In this document: in pieces, positions 59,050 through 64,000 of the stretch
How positions within the stretch are numbered: the stretch's first letter is position 1
Layout of the letters: each line of letters begins with the position of its first letter
Assembly: GCA_030699385.1 (NCBI GenBank)
Contig: JAUYMY010000008.1
Location: 923 to 64,922, forward strand
Direction of reading: 5' to 3'
DNA length: 64,000 bases
Source: Methylobacter sp.
Lineage (GTDB): Bacteria; Pseudomonadota; Gammaproteobacteria; Methylococcales; Methylomonadaceae
Translations under genes and position numbers: made by a program
Notes under the pieces: model-generated
What the model saw: only the letters and a program-made list of their open reading frames with translations
Database searches by the model: none
Told to the model about the DNA's origin: nothing

Positions 59050-60549
59050 ATGAAAATATCTAAATTGACCTTAGCCATCGCTACTGTCTTAGGGGCGAGC
59101 GCATCATCTGGCGCTTTTGCGATGGATCTTTATGTTGATACCAAAACTAAACAAATTTATGCGGAACCAGGTCCCGGCCGTGAGCTAATGGGCTCTTTCG
59201 AGAAAGTTGACAATGCAGTAAGTGCAAACGTCGCGGACAAATCAGACAAAGCCGAAATTAAAGCCATTCGCGAAGATTTAGAATTAAAACAGAATGAAAT
59301 CAAGGCATTGGAAGAGCATGTTGTAGCCAATAGAGAAAATAGCGCCAAGAACGATGAAAAGTGGTTTAACAAAATCAATCTGCGTGGCTACACTCAGCTT
59401 CGCTACAACCAGCCCTTTTCAGGCGACAGCGGCGCCGGACAACCGGAGCTGAGATCAGTCGGCGATGGCGGCATCAAAGATAATGCCGGCTTTTCATTTC
59501 GCCGCGTCCGCTTAGTATTTTCCGGTGACATTTCCGATTATTTATATTTGTATATACAACCTGATTTTGCCAGCAATGTCAGCGATAGCCAGCAAAATTT
59601 CGCCCAGCTACGTGACGCTTATGGCGATATAGCTTTTGATAAAAAGCACGAATACCGCATCCGTGCCGGTCAATCTAAAGTGCCATTTGGCTGGGAAAAT
59701 TTACAGTCTTCGCAAAATCGTTTAACTCTCGATCGTAACGATGCGTTAAACAGCGCGGTGCCCAGCGAGCGCGATTTAGGTTTATTCGCTTACTGGACGC
59801 CTGAGCATGTGCAAAAATTGTGGAAAACGTTAAGTAAAAAAGGCTTAAAAACCTCAGGCGATTATGGTGTTGCCGGTATCGGTGTTTATAACGGCCAAGG
59901 CCTTAACCGCGCCGAACAAAACGATGATTTATATGCCGTAGCGCATACCACTTATCCAGTTGAGATGGATTTTTTGGGTAAGCCATTTAAAGGACAAGTA
60001 GTGGAAATAGGCGCAGATGCCATCTCGGGACAATTTAGCCCGACAACGGCCGACATGACGGTGTTTGGTACCGGCCAAAAAATATTGAAAACAGATCTCG
60101 ACAAAACGATGGGCGGAAACAAAACTGTCCGTGAAGATCGAGTTGCCGTACATGCCATTCTTTTCCCGCAACCGTTTGGCTTACAGGCTGAATGGAACTG
60201 GGGCGAAGGCGCAACTTTAAATCCAGCCGGAAATGGTGGCAAAGGCGCTATTGAAAGTCAAAATTTAAGCGGCGGCTATATCCTGGCTAATTACAAAATT
60301 GATAATATCTTCCGCGCCGATGGCGTGTTAATGCCTTATGTGAAATTGCAGACTTATCGCGGTGCCTGGAAAGGCGCGAACAATGCGCCACGAACTTCGG
60401 TTGATGAACTCGAAGTCGGTGTGGAATATCAAATCATGAAAGCGCTGGAATTAACGCTGGCTTATGCAAACATGGATAGAACTAATACCGGCAATTTAGG
60501 TCAAGCCTCTGGCGACCTTGGCCGTGCTCAGTTACAGTGGAATTATTAA
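59050..60549 (+). CDS. Phosphate-selective porin, OprO/OprP family
   Basis: Signal peptide, coiled segment, FRRVRL, LRDAY, GQSKVPFGWE; Pho boxes upstream. Confidence 0.85.
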   Translation: MKISKLTLAIATVLGASASSGAFAMDLYVDTKTKQIYAEPGPGRELMGSFEKVDNAVSANVADKSDKAEIKAIREDLELKQNEIKALEEHVVANRENSAKNDEKWFNKINLRGYTQLRYNQPFSGDSGAGQPELRSVGDGGIKDNAGFSFRRVRLVFSGDISDYLYLYIQPDFASNVSDSQQNFAQLRDAYGDIAFDKKHEYRIRAGQSKVPFGWENLQSSQNRLTLDRNDALNSAVPSERDLGLFAYWTPEHVQKLWKTLSKKGLKTSGDYGVAGIGVYNGQGLNRAEQNDDLYAVAHTTYPVEMDFLGKPFKGQVVEIGADAISGQFSPTTADMTVFGTGQKILKTDLDKTMGGNKTVREDRVAVHAILFPQPFGLQAEWNWGEGATLNPAGNGGKGAIESQNLSGGYILANYKIDNIFRADGVLMPYVKLQTYRGAWKGANNAPRTSVDELEVGVEYQIMKALELTLAYANMDRTNTGNLGQASGDLGRAQLQWNY

Positions 60550-60568
60550 GTTTATAGTAAAAGCAGGG

Positions 60569-60600
60569 GCGAAAGGCCGAAAAACAGCCTTTCGCTTTCT
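60569..60600 (+). terminator. Rho-independent terminator
   Basis: gcgaaaggc..gcctttcgc followed by tttct. Confidence 0.7.
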
Positions 60601-60651
60601 CAGTGTGGTAATAATCTTTTTACCCGACATTCAGAAAATTTTTTGAACAGC

Positions 60652-60843
60652 TCAGTCACGCGGCTTACGGCCCATCCAACCAAAAACCAATACCGCAGCC
60701 ACGAAAAGCCCGCTCAACATCATGTTTTCCTTGGACGCACCGAATAAATAGGCGGCGGCCATGCCGACGCCCATGCCCAGACTGGTAAACGCCAGACTGC
60801 GCATGAGGCGGCATAGTAGACAATTTTGAGAGTACGCTTTCAT
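60652..60843 (-). CDS. Small membrane protein (2 TM)
   Basis: About 63 aa, CxxC followed by two hydrophobic segments; directly follows the upstream gene. Confidence 0.6.
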   Translation of the reverse strand: MKAYSQNCLLCRLMRSLAFTSLGMGVGMAAAYLFGASKENMMLSGLFVAAVLVFGWMGRKPRD

Positions 60844-60879
60844 CGTTGGCAAAGCCTCGTACCTTGACCGTCTAACGCC

Positions 60880-61275
60880 TTACTTTTTGACGAAATACAG
60901 ATAAGTTCCGTATTTGTTATCTTTAAGAATCATCGTTTTATCTGATGCTTCTTCTAATGAATAAACATCAAATTTACCCGCACGACCCAGTATGCTGACT
61001 TTTAAATTGCCATCTTCAAGAATATAGTCAACCGCAGGCGCATCATAAGCATTGCCCCTGACTTGCGGAATGTCTTTTTGTATCAGTTGAGTGTCATTAA
61101 TCACCCAAGTCATGCCCATCGGTTTAGTTTCTGTAGCGTCGAGTGATTTTTTGCTGTATTCCAGAAACCAACTGCCGATCAGAGCTTTGTTTGAATTCAA
61201 AGTGTCGGCCAACACCGCCGTACCTGATAAGCCAAACAACAAGGATGCCGCAACTAACATATTTATTTTTTTCAT
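60880..61275 (-). CDS. Secreted lipocalin-like hypothetical protein
   Basis: Signal peptide; LIGSW motif; ends YLYFVKK. Confidence 0.7.
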   Translation of the reverse strand: MKKINMLVAASLLFGLSGTAVLADTLNSNKALIGSWFLEYSKKSLDATETKPMGMTWVINDTQLIQKDIPQVRGNAYDAPAVDYILEDGNLKVSILGRAGKFDVYSLEEASDKTMILKDNKYGTYLYFVKK

Positions 61276-61300
61276 TATTTTCCCCGGATTAAAAACTGAG

Positions 61301-61428
61301 GTAACTTCTCATTACCCACAGGCAGTATTTAGCATTTTATCCACTACAAAGAGCACGAAGTTTCATTCTTTGTGCCCTCCGTGTCCTTCGTGGCAATACC
61401 TTTTTACCTGTCATTAATGAGAAGTTAC
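61301..61428. repeat. 128-bp MITE-like element with 14-bp terminal inverted repeats
   Basis: gtaacttctcatta ... taatgagaagttac enclosing a cacgaag/cttcgtgg palindrome. Confidence 0.6.
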
Positions 61429-61646
61429 AAACTGAATACCTAAACTACCATTTCAATAGCGTTGCTATTGTACAAGAAACTCAAATTTGGACAGTAATTT
61501 GTAACTTCTCATTAGTTACAGACAGTCGATTGCTACAGGTTGCAATTTTTACTAAAAAAATACTGTGCGATTTTTGTGTACAATCTTGATTTAAAATATT
61601 TTCTTGATTTAGTTAAGAAAACCTTTAGAATTGCCCGTCCTATATT

Positions 61647-61722
61647 GGGGTGTTAGCTCAGTTGGTAGAGCAGTGGACTCTTAATCCATGGGTCCAGGGT
61701 TCGAATCCCTGACGCCCCACCA
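61647..61722 (+). tRNA. tRNA-Lys (anticodon CTT)
   Basis: GGGGTGT/ACGCCCC acceptor stem, D arm GCTCAGTTGGTAGAGC, anticodon loop CT-CTT-AA, GTTCGAATC T arm, encoded CCA. Confidence 0.95.
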
Positions 61723-61726
61723 ATTA

Positions 61727-61791
61727 AATCAATAGCTTATCTGTTTTTGTAAGGTCGAAAACAGCTTGCTGGTTGCAATAGTGGTTGCAAT
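61727..61791. promoter_or_regulatory. Attachment-site arm: IHF site plus paired arm-type repeats
   Basis: AATCAATAGCTTA (WATCAA-N4-TTR) at 61727-61739; tggttgcaat direct repeats at 61770 and 61782. Confidence 0.6.
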
Positions 61792-61801
61792 TCGCGGTTT
61801 T

Positions 61802-62812
61802 TTAACGTCTAGTCGGCTTCACCACGTCTGGTTTTACATCATAAACTTTCATCATTTCGGCTGATCTGTGACCGGCTGAAGCCAAGCGTTCGGCGGTCGG
61901 TGTGTCGCTGATTCCTCGCCTTTTTAAATCGTGAAAAGTGAAGTGGACAAATTCAACACCGTCAATTTCCGCTTGTGCTTTTGCCGCTGCATGAATCCGT
62001 TGCATGGCGAGTCCCATGGCGTTCTCGCTTATTTTATTCCCGGTGCGCTCACTAATAAACACATAACGTCTATCCGCTTTTATGGGTGAAGGCTGTTTGC
62101 GATCCTGAAGGATTGCGTTGCGCTTTTGTTTTAATTCGTCCCAGATTGCGCGTAAGCGTGGCTGCCATTCGGTGATGTTGGTTTTGCTGCCTTTACGTCG
62201 ATAGATTATTAAGCCTGCGTCTTGTTCGTTGGCGTCGGTTAGCGCTAATACTTCACACATGCGCATTCTGCATAAGTAGGCAAGCTCCATGGCATAGGGT
62301 ACGTACCAATAGCCGCTGTTTTTGGCAATATTGAGCAAATAATCATAATCTCGATCTTCAGCATAATGTTGTCTTGGGGCAATGCTGATTTTTTTGATGC
62401 CTGTACCGGGGTTTATCGGTACTTTTTCGTATTCATAAGCCCATGAAAAAATCCGTTTAATGCAAGCCAATTCCTTATTGGCGCGGCTTTCGGATTCTTC
62501 GGCGCGTTTATCGCGGTATTTTCTGATTAATCCGACTGTCCACTTATTAATCGGAATGTCGCCTAACTTGCCGGTGCTGGTTTCGCGGGTGATGATGGTT
62601 TGGCGGCAGTTGGTGTAATCTTTTTGTGTCAACGGGCTAAGTTTGCTCCAGGTGTGGGTTTGCTGGAATTCTAGGGTTAAGGTGGCGAAGGTGTCGTTTA
62701 TTAGTGTCGAGGTTTTTAGCTTTTTCGTTGCGGTGTTCTGTTGGGGTTGGGGTTGGTTTTGCTGTCGCAGTAATATCGATTTCTTTTTTATCGCCAACTG
62801 CGTCGGATTCAT
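61802..62812 (-). CDS. Tyrosine recombinase / phage integrase
   Basis: CRMRMCE (R), RKGSK (K), FHDLKRRG, SAGH, VYD (Y); N-terminus atypical. Confidence 0.88.
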   Translation of the reverse strand: MNPTQLAIKKKSILLRQQNQPQPQQNTATKKLKTSTLINDTFATLTLEFQQTHTWSKLSPLTQKDYTNCRQTIITRETSTGKLGDIPINKWTVGLIRKYRDKRAEESESRANKELACIKRIFSWAYEYEKVPINPGTGIKKISIAPRQHYAEDRDYDYLLNIAKNSGYWYVPYAMELAYLCRMRMCEVLALTDANEQDAGLIIYRRKGSKTNITEWQPRLRAIWDELKQKRNAILQDRKQPSPIKADRRYVFISERTGNKISENAMGLAMQRIHAAAKAQAEIDGVEFVHFTFHDLKRRGISDTPTAERLASAGHRSAEMMKVYDVKPDVVKPTRR

Positions 62813-63017
62813 CTACAGGGCGTAATTCATAATCCAAACTATAAGGGAGTTGATAAATTTTTCTGTGATTAAAATACTCAAAATCAATATATTTTCGGAT
62901 CAAAAAAAAGCAATTATCAACTATTTCATTTGATAAATATCCTTTTCCATCTAATTCCTCCAGCAAAATTGCAAAGGCGCTATATGGGTGGTCACAAGGT
63001 AGTAGTAATTTTTTCAA
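62637..63017 (-). CDS. Hypothetical ORF or gene fragment overlapping the integrase 5' end
   Basis: 126-aa ORF bridging the upstream ORF and the integrase. Confidence 0.3.
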   Translation of the reverse strand: MKKLLLPCDHPYSAFAILLEELDGKGYLSNEIVDNCFFLIRKYIDFEYFNHRKIYQLPYSLDYELRPVDESDAVGDKKEIDITATAKPTPTPTEHRNEKAKNLDTNKRHLRHLNPRIPANPHLEQT

Positions 63018-63699
63018 CGTAAGATAAGTTTCTTATGTCTTTAGATAGTAAATGTATGGCAGCATCTTTTTTGGTTAATTTAAAAACGCCTGTGTATTCG
63101 TCACAATACGCTTGATCTACTCCATCATGCAACTCGAAAAATCTGTTGGTTAATTCAACCTCCCCGGTATCAGGATCTCTAAATGTAAAATTGAATGCTG
63201 ATTTTGCACCATACTTATTGTCATCGGGGTTATTAATGAACCAAGCTCCCCGCCCCTTGAAAAACACCAAAACATCTTTTTCATTGGTTTTTTGATTGTT
63301 ATCGGTTTTAGACAATTCGGGGTGTTCGCGTTCAAATCTTTTTACTTCGTCTACATCAATAATCAATCGGTCAAGGCCGGGATGATAAGTAATGATGCAT
63401 TCCTCGCCTTTCAATATTCCGTTGGCTGTTTCGCCTGCGTTTCCGGGATCTGAAAAAGGTTCTTTCGCGAAGTAGATGTTAGCAAGCTCTTGAGCGGCTA
63501 TGCCTGTGTGCTGGCCTCTCAATATGAGCTTTGTCCGGGGATATTCCCAGTCAGCCTGTGTCAAAAATGTAAGTTGATTGGTAAAACCATACTGGAGGAT
63601 GTCATCAATTGATATAAGCCAGTGTTCTGCTAATTGCTCAACGGTGTAATAAAGGCGGTCGATTTTCAAATAACACCTCGTCAAAGTGTAAACCGTCAA
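62992..63699 (-). CDS. Hypothetical protein of the element; N-terminus resembles an excisionase-type HTH
   Basis: YYTVEQLAEHWLISIDDILQY; 235 aa. Confidence 0.55.
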   Translation of the reverse strand: MTVYTLTRCYLKIDRLYYTVEQLAEHWLISIDDILQYGFTNQLTFLTQADWEYPRTKLILRGQHTGIAAQELANIYFAKEPFSDPGNAGETANGILKGEECIITYHPGLDRLIIDVDEVKRFEREHPELSKTDNNQKTNEKDVLVFFKGRGAWFINNPDDNKYGAKSAFNFTFRDPDTGEVELTNRFFELHDGVDQAYCDEYTGVFKLTKKDAAIHLLSKDIRNLSYVEKITTTL

Positions 63700-63707
63700 G
63701 AATGGAA

Positions 63708-63760
63708 AACCGGAAGCAGAATGACGAGTTCCGCTTATTGGCCGCTAAGCCTATCCGGTT
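63708..63760 (-). ncRNA. Candidate structured leader RNA
   Basis: Closing stem AACCGGA/TCCGGTT with two internal hairpins; begins about 7 nt after a TATAAT (63767-63772). Confidence 0.4.
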
Positions 63761-64000
63761 GCGCTGATTATAACCTTCCAGCAATGCCCAAGCCACCGTT
63801 ATCCCGGCCTTCCTGTGCCGGTGATGTAACGTCAACGAGAACTTTGGTTCTCACCACTCAACGACTGAGAACACAGGTTCTCATTATCCACGGTAGCCTG
63901 CCCGGCATTAACCAGACTGTGTGCGTTCGTCGATCATGGCGTTAAGCGGCCGGCGCGGTATTTTGTTGAAAATCTATTCATGGTACAGGTGGTATAGGTA

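Larger units (their letters stand above)
61723..64000. mobile_element. Left end of a tRNA-Lys-integrated element (prophage, satellite or genomic island) continuing beyond the window
   Basis: Integrase directly after the tRNA 3' end, att-arm signals, AT-rich orphan ORFs. Confidence 0.75.

Noticed and set aside
63837-63883. GAAC-N4-GTTC as an SOS (LexA) box
   Set aside because: That consensus belongs to Gram-positive LexA; gammaproteobacterial LexA typically binds CTGT-N8-ACAG
63884-63892. DnaA box or replication origin
   Set aside because: Single copy with one mismatch; insufficient on its own

Overview
Gammaproteobacterial chromosomal segment, most likely from a Methylococcaceae (Methylobacter-like) methanotroph; this is inferred from a PmoD/AmoD-like gene, a bacteriohemerythrin and the gene order. 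From left to right it contains: (1) a ModE-regulated divergon (TauE exporter, alginate-export-family porin, ModE box, modE); (2) the conserved rlmH-maf-rng-yhdP-nitrilase-tldD block; (3) a ~22 kb surface-glycan locus of two convergent operons (glf and GT2s on one side; wzm-wzt, radical SAM, methyltransferase, GNAT, GT4, PIG-L and a giant GT2/hendecad coiled-coil/WbsX/RgpF fusion on the other); (4) a four-gene trans-envelope signalling module: Crp-family regulator, FecR/Pro-rich/TbpB-like-barrel protein, CHASE2 class III cyclase with non-adenylyl specificity residues, and a TPR/beta-barrel Slam-like OMP, with a CRP box in the divergent promoter; (5) rsxB-like, metG, apbC and dcd interrupted by a 375-aa HNH intein; (6) hemerythrin with a PAS-GGDEF-EAL-CZB protein; (7) ppa, thyA, a cupredoxin/PmoD-like pair, pgi and a Pho-box-controlled OprO/P porin; (8) tRNA-Lys(CTT) followed by the start of an integrative element with a tyrosine integrase. 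Several families of palindromic intergenic repeats are scattered through the window. The best candidate for an undescribed system is module (4). All calls come from motif recognition by eye; no database searches were run.
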